A stretch of 64,000 nt of DNA from an uncultured Peptococcaceae bacterium (lineage in GTDB: Bacteria; Bacillota; Peptococcia; Peptococcales; Peptococcaceae): NCBI GenBank assembly GCA_963558655.1, contig CAUWHJ010000008.1, positions 3,688-67,687 on the forward strand, given 5' to 3'. The position numbers and the translations under genes are program-made. Under the pieces are notes generated by a model. That model did no database searches. It was not told where the DNA came from and saw only the letters and a list, made by a program, of their open reading frames with translations. Of the stretch, positions 18,858 through 27,981 are shown piece by piece (the stretch's first letter is position 1; every line of letters begins with the position of its first letter).

Positions 18858-20328
18858 TAACAATAATCGGCCGAAACGGCCGGTGTTAGTTGAAAAAAAT
18901 CCTCATAATAATACAGTGCCTTCCCCAAGAAAGCAAACGGGGCAGAGAAAACAAACCGTTCGTCAGCGCCAGACGATGCAGCAGACGTCGCATCAGGCGA
19001 TGTCCATGGCCAATCATCGCGGCCCAAGCATTCAGGAACGCGCGGAACAACATCGCAGAGAGCAGGAACTTCACCAAGCTGGTCATTCTCAAGCACCGCG
19101 GAGCAAACCGCAGGCGAAACAGAAAAAAACGGCGAAAAAGAAGCCAATGGTTCAGGTGAAGAAAAATGGGCTCATCAATAAATGTTTTGTGTTCAACCAA
19201 CCTGGTGTTGGTGCGCCGGATTATTTACTGATTGAAATTTTTGCAGTGCTTTTGGTGATAGGGCTTGTCATGGTGTTTTCGGCAAGCAGCTACCGCTCTC
19301 TGTTGGAAAGTGGCAATGTGTATAGTTATTTTCTTACACAAGCGGTTTCAGCGGTGATAGGTATTATTGCAGCCACGTTCATTATTTTTGTGAATCCGAC
19401 TATTTTTCAAAAACTGGCGCCGTTTTTCCTTTTTGGCGTACTGCTCTTAGTGCTTTTTACCATGTTTGTTGCTGGTGAAGAGACATTGGGGGCAACACGT
19501 TGGGTGACCATTCTTGGTGTGCGTTTCACACCATCAGAATTGGCGAAACCGTTTATGATTATTTGTGCAGCAGATTTGGTTAAAAACAGCCCTTACGATG
19601 TGGTGAAGAGCCGCAACAACTTCATTGTTTTTGCAATGATGGTTGTAACGCTGGCGTGCATTGCTATTGAAGACTTAGGCTCGGCGCTGGCCATTTTGGG
19701 CGGCTGCTTTGCTGTGTTCATCGTTGCCGGCTTGTCTAAACGCTGGATTGCAGGAGTTTGTGCAGCGGGTTTGGCATTTGTCTTTATATACTGCTGTTTA
19801 GAGCCTTATCGTTGGCAGCGTATATTTGGTTTTCTTAATCAGGCAAATGCCGACGCCGCCGATGGTACTGCTTATCAGCTGACACAGAGCTTGTATGCGT
19901 TTGGCTCAGGTGGTCTCTTTGGCGTCGGTCTTGGGAACAGTGGGCAAAAACTGCTCTATTTGCCTGGGATGCATACCGACTTTATCTATTCAGTCATTGG
20001 TGAAGAACTGGGCCTGGTTGGCGCTTTGTTGGTGCTGGGTTTATTTTTGGCGCTTGCATGGCGTGGTTTCATCATTGCAACACGCATTAGTGACCCATTC
20101 AAATCGTATTTGGCATTTGGCGCAGCGTCCATTCTTGTTGTGCAGGCGTTAATCAATATGGGTGTTGCTGTTGGTGTGGTGCCAGTTACAGGTATTACAC
20201 TGCCGTTCATTAGTTATGGTGGCACCTCGCTTCTGGTAAGCCTGGCTATTGCTGGGGTGTTGTTGAATATGTCGCGCTATGCCGACAACAGCAAGCGGCG
20301 CCCACGAAAAAAGAAAGCAAATGACTGA
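18847..20328 (+). CDS. ftsW: SEDS-family peptidoglycan polymerase FtsW/SpoVE, with a possible 100-aa basic/Q-rich N-terminal extension
   Basis: Multi-TM core with SELAKP and LPFISYGGTS motifs. The N-terminal 100 aa are low complexity. An alternative start at ATG 19147 would give a canonical length. Confidence 0.9.
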   Translation: MQYNNNNRPKRPVLVEKNPHNNTVPSPRKQTGQRKQTVRQRQTMQQTSHQAMSMANHRGPSIQERAEQHRREQELHQAGHSQAPRSKPQAKQKKTAKKKPMVQVKKNGLINKCFVFNQPGVGAPDYLLIEIFAVLLVIGLVMVFSASSYRSLLESGNVYSYFLTQAVSAVIGIIAATFIIFVNPTIFQKLAPFFLFGVLLLVLFTMFVAGEETLGATRWVTILGVRFTPSELAKPFMIICAADLVKNSPYDVVKSRNNFIVFAMMVVTLACIAIEDLGSALAILGGCFAVFIVAGLSKRWIAGVCAAGLAFVFIYCCLEPYRWQRIFGFLNQANADAADGTAYQLTQSLYAFGSGGLFGVGLGNSGQKLLYLPGMHTDFIYSVIGEELGLVGALLVLGLFLALAWRGFIIATRISDPFKSYLAFGAASILVVQALINMGVAVGVVPVTGITLPFISYGGTSLLVSLAIAGVLLNMSRYADNSKRRPRKKKAND

Positions 20329-20357
20329 AGAACCATGAAAATATTGGGGGAAGACGT

Positions 20358-21470
20358 ATGAGAGTGATAGTAAGCGGAGGCGGAACCGGCGGGCATATTT
20401 ATCCGGCGTTGGCCATTGCGGAACGTATTTTGCAGGAGATAGCCGGCAGCGAGGTGCTCTATATCGGGTGTGATAATGGTCTGGAAAATAATATTGTGCC
20501 CCAGACTGCCATTCCGTTCAAAACCATTTCGGCGAAGGGATTACCTCGAAAGCCAACGCCGGCGCTGGCGAAGTCTTTGTTTATCAATTCCAAGGGTGTC
20601 GCTCAAGCGCGTCGTTATATTAAAGATTTTAAGCCGGATTTGGTCATTGGAACGGGCGGTTTTGTGTGTGGGCCAACGGTGCTGATGGCGTGCATGAACC
20701 ACGTTCCGGCGATGATTCATGAACAAAACGCCTATCCTGGCATGACCAATCGTCTGCTGGCTTCCCGTGTAAACAAGGTGATGATCAATTATCCGGAAGC
20801 CGCCAAGTTTTTTGTGAAGGCCAAGGAAACGGTGCTGACGGGCTTGCCGGTGCGTGCCGATGTCGGTAAAATCAGCAAAGAAGAAGGCTGTGCGGCTTTT
20901 GAGCTGGACCCTGCAAAGAAAACAGTGCTCATCACAGGCGGCAGCCGTGGCGCACGAACCATTAACCGTGTGTGTGCCTTGGCGTTGCAGAGCATCTTGG
21001 CCGATGACAATGTGCAGGTGATTTTTATTACCGGCAAAGCGGGCTATGTAGAAACCAGCCTGCTTCTCAAAGAAAGTGACAACAGCGTGCTGCGTAATGA
21101 GCGCTTGCGCTTTTTGGAATATAGCCACAATATGCCATATGCGTTGGCTGCGGCTGATGTTGTGATTGGACGTGCTGGCGCAACGTTTTTGGCAGAAATT
21201 GCTATGTGTGGTTTGCCGGGCATTTTGGTGCCTTATCCTTATGCCAGTGATAACCATCAGCAATTTAACGCTCAAGCGGTGGTTGACGCTGGCGCCGGTG
21301 AAATGATTTTGGACAACGAAATGACGGTGCCAAAATTGCTGAGTACTTTGCAAAAATTCCTTAACGATGAGACGTATTATGCCAATAAGCGCGCCAATAT
21401 GAGCGCATTGGCGCGTCCTCAAGCGTTGGATGATATTATGATGTTGATTAAGAGTTTTACGAAAAAATAA
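20358..21470 (+). CDS. murG: Lipid II synthase (UDP-GlcNAc transferase)
   Basis: GGTGGHIYPALA N-terminal motif, in dcw context. Confidence 0.95.
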   Translation: MRVIVSGGGTGGHIYPALAIAERILQEIAGSEVLYIGCDNGLENNIVPQTAIPFKTISAKGLPRKPTPALAKSLFINSKGVAQARRYIKDFKPDLVIGTGGFVCGPTVLMACMNHVPAMIHEQNAYPGMTNRLLASRVNKVMINYPEAAKFFVKAKETVLTGLPVRADVGKISKEEGCAAFELDPAKKTVLITGGSRGARTINRVCALALQSILADDNVQVIFITGKAGYVETSLLLKESDNSVLRNERLRFLEYSHNMPYALAAADVVIGRAGATFLAEIAMCGLPGILVPYPYASDNHQQFNAQAVVDAGAGEMILDNEMTVPKLLSTLQKFLNDETYYANKRANMSALARPQALDDIMMLIKSFTKK

Positions 21471-21482
21471 AGAAGGTGCCCT

Positions 21483-22865
21483 ATGGAAACGATGAATACT
21501 ATTAAACACGCACATTTTATTGGTATTGGCGGCATTGGTATGAGCGCCGTTGCTGAAGTAATGCTGGAACGTGGATACCGCATTAGTGGTTCGGACCTTA
21601 ATGAGTCGGACCAGGTGCATATGTTGCGTGAGCGTGGTGCGGTTGTTGGTGTGCCGCAGAAAGCCGAAAATATTACAGACGATATTGACGTGGTGGTACG
21701 TTCAACCGCCATTCGAGAAAACAATGTGGAATATAGAACAGCGCAGGAAAAGGGCATTCCTGTTGTGCATCGTTCTGAAATGTTGGGCTACCTGATGCGT
21801 GAGCAGAAGGCGATTTGTGTGGCTGGCTCACACGGCAAAACAACCACTTCGTCAATGATTGCGCTGTGCCTGGAGAAGAATGGCTTGGACCCAACCATCG
21901 TTGTTGGTGGCGTTATCAGCGATATTGGTAGCAACGCTAAAAATGGTAAAGGCGAATGGTTTGTGGCAGAAGCCGATGAAAGCGATGGCAGCTTTATTAA
22001 CCTCTTGCCTTGGTATGCGGTCATTACGAATATTGAAGAAGATCACCTCGACCACTACAAAGACATCAACGAAATTCGAGAATCCTTCAAGAAATTCTTG
22101 CATAAAACCAATCCAAATGGCCGCTGCCTGCTTTGCGCCGATAACGACGAATCTTTCGGTATTGCCTCGCAGTGTCCGGTGCCAATGAAAACCTATGGCT
22201 TCCATGAACGCTCTCAGTATCGCATCATGAACCACAAGCAAGTGGGCATGAAGAACGAAGCAGACATTTATAATGGCGATCGTTTCATTGGTCATCTTGA
22301 ATTGCAAGTGCCTGGTAAACACAACATTGCCAATGCGACAGCGGCTGTCGTTGTGGGGCTGGATGTGGGGCTGAGCTTTGAACAAATTGCTCGTGTGCTT
22401 AAAGAATACAAAGGCACGCGCCGTCGTTTCCAACATCAGGGAACGGTCAATGGGATTGCGGTTTATGACGATTACGCCCATCATCCAACGGAAATTATGG
22501 CAACCTTGGAAGCTGCTCGTGCGGTTAATGATGGTCGTGTGGTGGCCATTTTCCAGCCGCATCGCTACTCCCGCACCCAGTTTTTGGCAAAAGAGTTTGC
22601 TAAGGCGCTCTCGCAAGCCGATGCTGTGATGCTCTTAGACGTTTTTCCGGCTGGCGAAGCACCAATCGAAGGGGTATCCAGTCAGCTGATCGTAGATCAG
22701 GTGGACCCTGGCAAACACGCCCAGGTGGTTAATGACGAATACTTGACCAGCGGTTTTATTTCCACCCTTCAACCGGGGGATCTTGTGCTTGTTTTGGGGG
22801 CAGGGTCTATTTGGAAACAAGCGCCATTGATTGTGAAAGCGCTGGAAGAGACCTATGGCAAATAA
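21483..22865 (+). CDS. murC: UDP-MurNAc--L-Ala ligase
   Basis: GIGGIGMSAVA and GSHGKTTTSSM motifs. Confidence 0.95.
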   Translation: METMNTIKHAHFIGIGGIGMSAVAEVMLERGYRISGSDLNESDQVHMLRERGAVVGVPQKAENITDDIDVVVRSTAIRENNVEYRTAQEKGIPVVHRSEMLGYLMREQKAICVAGSHGKTTTSSMIALCLEKNGLDPTIVVGGVISDIGSNAKNGKGEWFVAEADESDGSFINLLPWYAVITNIEEDHLDHYKDINEIRESFKKFLHKTNPNGRCLLCADNDESFGIASQCPVPMKTYGFHERSQYRIMNHKQVGMKNEADIYNGDRFIGHLELQVPGKHNIANATAAVVVGLDVGLSFEQIARVLKEYKGTRRRFQHQGTVNGIAVYDDYAHHPTEIMATLEAARAVNDGRVVAIFQPHRYSRTQFLAKEFAKALSQADAVMLLDVFPAGEAPIEGVSSQLIVDQVDPGKHAQVVNDEYLTSGFISTLQPGDLVLVLGAGSIWKQAPLIVKALEETYGK

Positions 22866-22890
22866 CATCAATAGAAATAGGTGATGTTGC

Positions 22891-24327
22891 GTGAAACTTT
22901 TCAGAGATAAAGAACGCGGTCCGAAAATAAAAAGCGAAGACGTTATCATACCAGAGGAGTATCTGGAATATGAGCGTGAGGCTGAAGCACGCAAACAGCG
23001 TGAACGCAGCGAGCAGGAAGTGCAAAAAAAAGCGGCAGATGAAGACCCGTTAGCTATTCGTGTGGAAAACCTTTTGAATGCGAGCAAGCAGGCCTTGCAG
23101 GAGCAAAAAGCCAGTGCTTCTTACGAAAAGCCAGACGTGACCATTGGCGAGGTTGTGGAAACCCTGGAAGAGATGATGCCGGAACCCGATGCGGCACCAA
23201 CAGTTGATGACAGCGAACCGATGGACCTTGAAGAAGCCTTGCGTGCAGAAAAAGAGCGTTCAAATTATGAGGCACGCATGGCACGCCGCCGCCGTAAAGA
23301 GAAAACGTCCAGAAAACCAGATAAACCAGCAGGCGAAAGCAAGGCAAAAGCAAAGAAAAACAATGATGTGCCAACGGCTCTCAAAGTGTTGTTTGTGGCC
23401 ATTGTTCTGGTGGTTGCCACGGTGGTGGTGCTTTTAGGGCCAATCATGACAATCAATGAGGTGCAGGTGAACGACCTGAACAATATGACAGAAGCGCAAG
23501 TAGAGGAAATTGCTGGCCATCCTGTTGGTCAAAACCTGTTCCGCTATGATGCGTCTCAAGCAGAAGAAGAGCTGCGTTATTACCCGTATGTTCAAGATGT
23601 AAAGATTTCTCGTCACTGGCCACATTGGTTGGAGATTCATATTACCGAGCGTAAGCCGGTTGGTGTGCTTTTGAACAATGGCAATTATTTGCAATTCAGT
23701 GCAGATGGTGTGCTTTTGGATAACACCGCTTCGCTAACCGACCAGAATTTGCCCCTGATTACCGGCTTTTCGATGACAGAAGTGCCATCACCGGGCGAGG
23801 CGTTTCAAGACAATGAGCGGTTTTCCGATGCTTTGAAAATCGTCAATGCTTGCTCGGACGATCTTTTAGGAATGATTCAGGAAATCAACATTAAAGACCG
23901 CAACAATATTCTTGCTTATACAAGTCAGGGCTTGGAAATTCGTATTGGGAATGTGGACAATATTAAAGACCGCATGGCCATTCTCAACGACATTATGAAC
24001 CAGGTTATTTTGAGCGACATTGTAGAAGAACCGATTGAGGCCATTGACATTCGCTACGAAAAATCGCCGGTAATTGTGCTGGAAGGGTATGACAATATTG
24101 ATGTGTCCGATATGATTAACAACGAGGAGACCGGCGAACAAAGCGACCAAAATACCCAGGCTGCGGACGACCAAACGGGCGGCAGAATGCTTCACAAACA
24201 ACTGACGATGCCGACGACACAAACACATCTGACAACACAGCAGCGAATGGCAGCAGTAATGGGCAGCAGGGTAGCAGTGGCACAACAACAGATAATGGCA
24301 GCGTTGACGGCACGCAGAGCGATGTGA
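22891..24327 (+). CDS. ftsQ: FtsQ/DivIB cell-division protein with a long charged N-terminal tail; the 3' end is possibly frameshifted
   Basis: GTG start 6 nt behind aggtga. Cytoplasmic K/E/R-rich region of about 165 aa, one TM (VLFVAIVLVVATVVVLLGPI), then a POTRA-like segment (INEVQVNDLNNMTEAQVEEI). Confidence 0.8.
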   Translation: MKLFRDKERGPKIKSEDVIIPEEYLEYEREAEARKQRERSEQEVQKKAADEDPLAIRVENLLNASKQALQEQKASASYEKPDVTIGEVVETLEEMMPEPDAAPTVDDSEPMDLEEALRAEKERSNYEARMARRRRKEKTSRKPDKPAGESKAKAKKNNDVPTALKVLFVAIVLVVATVVVLLGPIMTINEVQVNDLNNMTEAQVEEIAGHPVGQNLFRYDASQAEEELRYYPYVQDVKISRHWPHWLEIHITERKPVGVLLNNGNYLQFSADGVLLDNTASLTDQNLPLITGFSMTEVPSPGEAFQDNERFSDALKIVNACSDDLLGMIQEINIKDRNNILAYTSQGLEIRIGNVDNIKDRMAILNDIMNQVILSDIVEEPIEAIDIRYEKSPVIVLEGYDNIDVSDMINNEETGEQSDQNTQAADDQTGGRMLHKQLTMPTTQTHLTTQQRMAAVMGSRVAVAQQQIMAALTARRAM

Positions 24328-24418
24328 TGGACGATGGCACGCAAGGTACAACGACCGCTGTGGAATAATGAGAAAAGACTACAATTAAGTAAATTGTTCT
24401 GAAAGACGAGAAAAATAT

Positions 24419-24447
24419 TTGCAAGAGTTTGCAATATGAGTTATTAT
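24419..24447 (+). promoter_or_regulatory. Sigma-70-type promoter for ftsZ
   Basis: TTGCAA (24419-24424), 17-nt spacer, TATTAT (24442-24447). A second overlapping candidate is TTGCAA 24429-24434 with TATAAG 24452-24457. Confidence 0.55.
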
Positions 24448-24486
24448 ATACTATAAGGCTAGAAATTTTGTGTGGAGGGATCTTGG

Positions 24487-25584
24487 ATGTTCCAACTCGA
24501 TGATAAAAACAGCAATGTCGCCGTGATTAAGGTGATCGGCGTGGGCGGCGGCGGCGGAAACGCTGTAGAACGCATGATTGCAACCAATGTAGATAACGTA
24601 GAATTTATTGTGGCCAATACCGATGCACAGGTGTTGAGTCAGTCCAATGCAGACACCAAGATTCAGATTGGTGTGAAACTGACCCGTGGTCTTGGTGCTG
24701 GCGGTAACCCTGAAATTGGGCAGAAAGCCGCAGAGGAAAGCCGCGAAGAAATCGCTGCTGCGCTTGAAGGTGCAGACCTTGTTTTCGTAACGGCTGGTAT
24801 GGGCGGCGGCACAGGTACTGGTGCAGCATCTGTTGTGGCAGAAATTGCCAAGAGCCAGGGCGCACTCACCATTGGCGTTGTGACCAAACCTTTCAAATTT
24901 GAAGGTCGCAAACGTTTGAAAAATGCGCTCGAAGGCATTGAAGAACTGATTGATAAGGTCGACAGCCTTGTTACCATTCCTAACGACCGTTTGCTGGAAA
25001 TCGCCAGCAAGGAAATGACCATGAAGGAAGCGTTTGAATACGCTGATGATATTCTGCGTCAAGGGGTGCAGGGTATTGCTGATACCATCACGAAGAACGC
25101 CATGATTAACCTCGACTTTGCAGACGTGCGTTCCACCATGCAAAACACCGGTACTGCTCTGATGGGTGTTGGTGTTGGTAAGGGTGAAGACCGTGCCGTT
25201 GCAGCTGCAAAGGCAGCCATCTCCTCGCCACTTTTGGAAACCAGCATCGAAGGTGCTACGGCACTGCTTATTAACATCAGCGGTCAGAATCCAACGCTGT
25301 TGGAAACCCAGGAAGCTGTGGATTATATCAACGATGCAACCGGCGGCGAACCAGATGTCATCTTTGGTGTTATTGACGACCCAGGTGCGAAGGACGATAT
25401 TAAAGTTACCGTTATTGCAACGGGCTTTGCACGCAGACCGGAAGAACCAGTTTTCCATGCGTCCGCACCATCTAAAACCAGCAGCGCAACTCGTAGCAGC
25501 AGTGCTAGAAGCACCACAACTAGCCGCCACAGCGGTTATGACGATGTGCGTATTCCAGATTTCTTGAAAAATAGAAACCGCTAA
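24487..25584 (+). CDS. ftsZ: Cell-division GTPase FtsZ
   Basis: Tubulin signature GGGTGTGA and C-terminal peptide [15 protein letters not shown] 24487 lies behind ggaggg (the track ORF starts at GTG 24472). Confidence 0.97.
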   Translation: MFQLDDKNSNVAVIKVIGVGGGGGNAVERMIATNVDNVEFIVANTDAQVLSQSNADTKIQIGVKLTRGLGAGGNPEIGQKAAEESREEIAAALEGADLVFVTAGMGGGTGTGAASVVAEIAKSQGALTIGVVTKPFKFEGRKRLKNALEGIEELIDKVDSLVTIPNDRLLEIASKEMTMKEAFEYADDILRQGVQGIADTITKNAMINLDFADVRSTMQNTGTALMGVGVGKGEDRAVAAAKAAISSPLLETSIEGATALLINISGQNPTLLETQEAVDYINDATGGEPDVIFGVIDDPGAKDDIKVTVIATGFARRPEEPVFHASAPSKTSSATRSSSARSTTTSRHSGYDDVRIPDFLKNRNR

Positions 25585-25596
25585 GACATTGATAAA

Positions 25597-25628
25597 ACAT
25601 CTCGAATCTGAAGGTTCGAGATGTTTTT
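25597..25628 (+). terminator. Intrinsic terminator after ftsZ
   Basis: acatctcgaa / ttcgagatgt 10-bp stem, 8-nt loop, then tttt. Confidence 0.9.
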
Positions 25629-25683
25629 GTATGAGAAAAATTTGTCGGCTATTCATTGTGTAGATGTAAAGGAGAAGAGACGC

Positions 25684-25974
25684 ATGAATCTGAAAGGGAT
25701 TGTATTAGGGGCGATTTCGTTTCTTATTATTGGTGTGTGGCACCCTATTGTGATTAAAGGCGAGTACCATCTCGGTAAGAAAGTATGTATGCCATTATTT
25801 GCAGTCATTGGCGCTGCTTGTGTGGCTTTGTCGCTGCGTGTGAAAAATACCATGCTTAATGCCGCCATTGCTCTGTTTGGGTTTTCTGCTCTGTGGGGGA
25901 TTCAGGAAGTGGCAGAACAGGAAGAGCGTGTGGAACGTGGTTGGTTTCCAGCCAATCCAAAACGTGCAAAATGA
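25684..25974 (+). CDS. Small integral membrane protein (about 96 aa, 3 TM), DUF4491-like
   Basis: ATG 25684 lies 9 nt behind aaggag. Three hydrophobic helices. The WHPIVIKGEYHLG segment is reminiscent of DUF4491. The family assignment is from memory only. Confidence 0.6.
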   Translation: MNLKGIVLGAISFLIIGVWHPIVIKGEYHLGKKVCMPLFAVIGAACVALSLRVKNTMLNAAIALFGFSALWGIQEVAEQEERVERGWFPANPKRAK

Positions 25975-25993
25975 ACGTTTATAGCATGACAAG

Positions 25994-26020
25994 GCTCGGT
26001 GCATCAGCGCCGAGCTTTTT
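25994..26020 (+). terminator. Intrinsic terminator
   Basis: gctcggtgc-atca-gcgccgagc (one G-U pair) followed by ttttt. Confidence 0.85.
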
Positions 26021-26141
26021 CTTTGGGAGTGGTTTCAACGTAAATGGTAACAAATTGGCGGAAATGAACAGAGGTGCTGGTCAGGAAAAGAAAATTGTGT
26101 TACGATATATGCAATAATTCTGACAAATGGAGGCGAGTAAC

Positions 26142-27323
26142 ATGAAAACATCAATGAAAAAATGGATAGCCGGTGTCACTATGGCGACGGTTTTAGGTTT
26201 TTCAGTGGCACCTGCTTATGCAGCTGTGGAGGTAGGTTCAACGGATCTAACCTTGGTGGTTAATGGCAAGACTGTTACGACCAACGAAGAAATCGGACAG
26301 CCATTTATTACCAAAGATGGGCATACGATGATACCGTTGCGTCTTGTGAACAGTGAGCTGGGTTATGACACTGATTGGGAAGAAGATGGCAGCATTCACA
26401 TCACAAGTGCTGATGGCAAGGTTGACGTGTTATTGATAGTTGGGGCAGATAGCTATTTAGCAAACGGTAAACCAGGCGTTTTTAGCGCACGACCAACGCT
26501 GTTGAACGATCGTACCTATTTGCCAGTGCGCGATTTTATGGAACTTTACGGCGTGGTGAAATGGGATAATGACACCCGCACTGTTACCATCACAACTGGT
26601 GAGCAGCCAGCCAAAGAAACCAGCGATTGGACTTACCAGCTGAGCTTTGGCGGCGATATTGGTACTGTGATGAAGATGTACGTCACCGCAACCAATGAAA
26701 AGACTGGAAAAGTGGTGTATCTGACCGGTCTTGACAAAGTTTTTGGTGATTGGGTCAATCAATCGGAACATTATACCGACTACTATCTGAACGATACGAA
26801 AACCATCAATGGTCAGGACACCGTCACAGTTGGCCGCCAAGGTGTAGCTGGTGGATGTGAAGTGGCGCTGTTCTTAGTGCCGGATCTTGATAAGGTTGAT
26901 AAAACCGCAGAATTGACCTATGTGCGTAGTATCAATAATTCGACTGACTATACCATCGCCAACGGTTATCTCTATTACACACAAGGGATAAAGGGGCCAT
27001 GGGTCAACGACCCAAATGCGCTCTATTTTACCAAAGTTAGTGATGCTACCAGTAATGTTATCACCTTTGATCTCGACTTTGCTGTGAATGCTTGCGTGCT
27101 CACTGTGGAAGATGGTGTGCTCGTTGCCACTGAAAAAGATGGCACACGTCATGAAATTTTGAACGTGCCAGAAGCTGACTCCGTAGATGTGGCACACATG
27201 AAAGAAATTCTGGAAGCTGGTACGACACTGGAAGGTTTTTTGGAAACAGGCTTTTTAACTGCTGCTGAAATTTCCTGTTTGCCTGGGGCAGTAACGAGTA
27301 GCGAATTTGGCAGCTTACAATAA
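26142..27323 (+). CDS. Secreted protein with an N-terminal copper-amine-oxidase-like (stalk) domain
   Basis: Signal peptide MKTSMKKWIAGVTMATVLGFSVAPAYA. Cu_amine_oxidN1-like segment (VNGKTV...IPLRLV...TYLPVRDF...WDNDTRTVTI). ATG 26142 lies 8 nt behind ggagg. Confidence 0.75.
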   Translation: MKTSMKKWIAGVTMATVLGFSVAPAYAAVEVGSTDLTLVVNGKTVTTNEEIGQPFITKDGHTMIPLRLVNSELGYDTDWEEDGSIHITSADGKVDVLLIVGADSYLANGKPGVFSARPTLLNDRTYLPVRDFMELYGVVKWDNDTRTVTITTGEQPAKETSDWTYQLSFGGDIGTVMKMYVTATNEKTGKVVYLTGLDKVFGDWVNQSEHYTDYYLNDTKTINGQDTVTVGRQGVAGGCEVALFLVPDLDKVDKTAELTYVRSINNSTDYTIANGYLYYTQGIKGPWVNDPNALYFTKVSDATSNVITFDLDFAVNACVLTVEDGVLVATEKDGTRHEILNVPEADSVDVAHMKEILEAGTTLEGFLETGFLTAAEISCLPGAVTSSEFGSLQ

Positions 27324-27337
27324 CATTGACACAAAAA

Positions 27338-27367
27338 GGCGATTGTCCGAATGGCAGTCGCCTTTTT
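27338..27367 (+). terminator. Intrinsic terminator
   Basis: ggcgattg / cagtcgcc stem (one G-U pair), 9-nt loop, then ttttt. Confidence 0.8.
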
Positions 27368-27489
27368 GTGTGCAGTGAAAAGGGTGGTTGTGTTAATGAT
27401 GGTTTGACGAATAAATGTTGTGGCATTTTTCTGAAAACAGTGATAATATGACAGTATAAACTATACACATCGAACGGGAAAGAAAACGT

Positions 27490-27669
27490 GTGGTGGTTCT
27501 TAGGAGACTATTGGCAGCGTTGGCATTGTCTGGTGCGGTTTGCTGGGGGAATGCGGCGATTGATCATTGGCAGCAGTACAGCTTTTTGGCATTGCTTCCT
27601 CTGGCTTATGCGCTCAACATACTGCGTGTATCGCTTGTTGGTAGTTGGCTGCAAAAAATGCGTGAGTAA
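27490..27669 (+). CDS. Candidate small membrane protein (59 aa), below the cutoff of the ORF track
   Basis: A GTG-started frame gives VVLRRLLAALALSGAVCWGNAAIDHWQQYSFLALLPLAYALNILRVSLVGSWLQKMRE: a basic N-terminus plus two hydrophobic stretches. The overlapping track ORF 27488..27682 is W/C/R-rich and unprotein-like. An extended -10 (TGaTAATAT) sits at 27441-27449. Confidence 0.35.
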   Translation: MVVLRRLLAALALSGAVCWGNAAIDHWQQYSFLALLPLAYALNILRVSLVGSWLQKMRE

Positions 27670-27686
27670 GAGAGAGGTGTGAGCTT

Positions 27687-27938
27687 ATGGCATTCTGGAA
27701 GAAACGCATGGTGGATATTTATTCCACCACGAACGCTGAGGAGAAGTTTCACATTCAAGAGTTGTTTGCACAGCATGGCATTGAATATCGCATGAAGGTG
27801 AAGGACTATGCACGGCCAAATATAATGGGTTCGTCTGCGGCTATGGGCGGGCTGGGAAACTATCCGATACGGTTGACCACCATTTTCTATGTGCGTGAGG
27901 AGGACATAGAAGCTGCTCTGGCATTGATCCATCAATAA
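27687..27938 (+). CDS. Small hypothetical protein (83 aa), DUF2007-like pattern
   Basis: RBS agagagg upstream. The beta-alpha-beta-like pattern ending ...IFYVREEDIEAALALIHQ resembles DUF2007. The family call has low certainty. Confidence 0.55.
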   Translation: MAFWKKRMVDIYSTTNAEEKFHIQELFAQHGIEYRMKVKDYARPNIMGSSAAMGGLGNYPIRLTTIFYVREEDIEAALALIHQ

Positions 27939-27981
27939 ACAACGCGTCCGCGTGGGAAAATCCTGCGCGGACGCATTGTTG
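27849..27981. repeat. Direct repeat copy A: functional 3' end of the 83-aa gene plus its hairpin
   Basis: Aligns with 28777..28910. The hairpin part 27941-27981 matches 28870-28910 at 39/41 nt. The coding part is about two-thirds identical. Confidence 0.8.
27938..27980. terminator. Long hairpin (gcgtccgcg / cgcggacgc core), copy A
   Basis: 9-bp GC-rich stem (27944-27952 / 27966-27974) extended by aacaa/ttgtt. 13-nt loop and a weak T tract. Confidence 0.5.

Noticed and set aside
24451-25656. 401-aa ORF antisense to ftsZ. Similar long antisense ORFs occur at 20541..21620, 17517..18341, 15130..15936, 21852..22616, 11263..11973, 62363..63148, 42187..42963, 50894..51601 and 40480..40995.
   Set aside because: All of them lie fully inside well-supported sense genes. 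They lack RBS and motif support and have implausible Cys/His/Phe/Arg-rich composition. I treat them as codon-bias artefacts.
27488-27682. 64-aa track ORF (MWWFLGDYWQRWHC...).
   Set aside because: The Trp/Cys/Arg-rich composition is unprotein-like. The neighbouring frame (27490..27669) gives a far more plausible small membrane protein.
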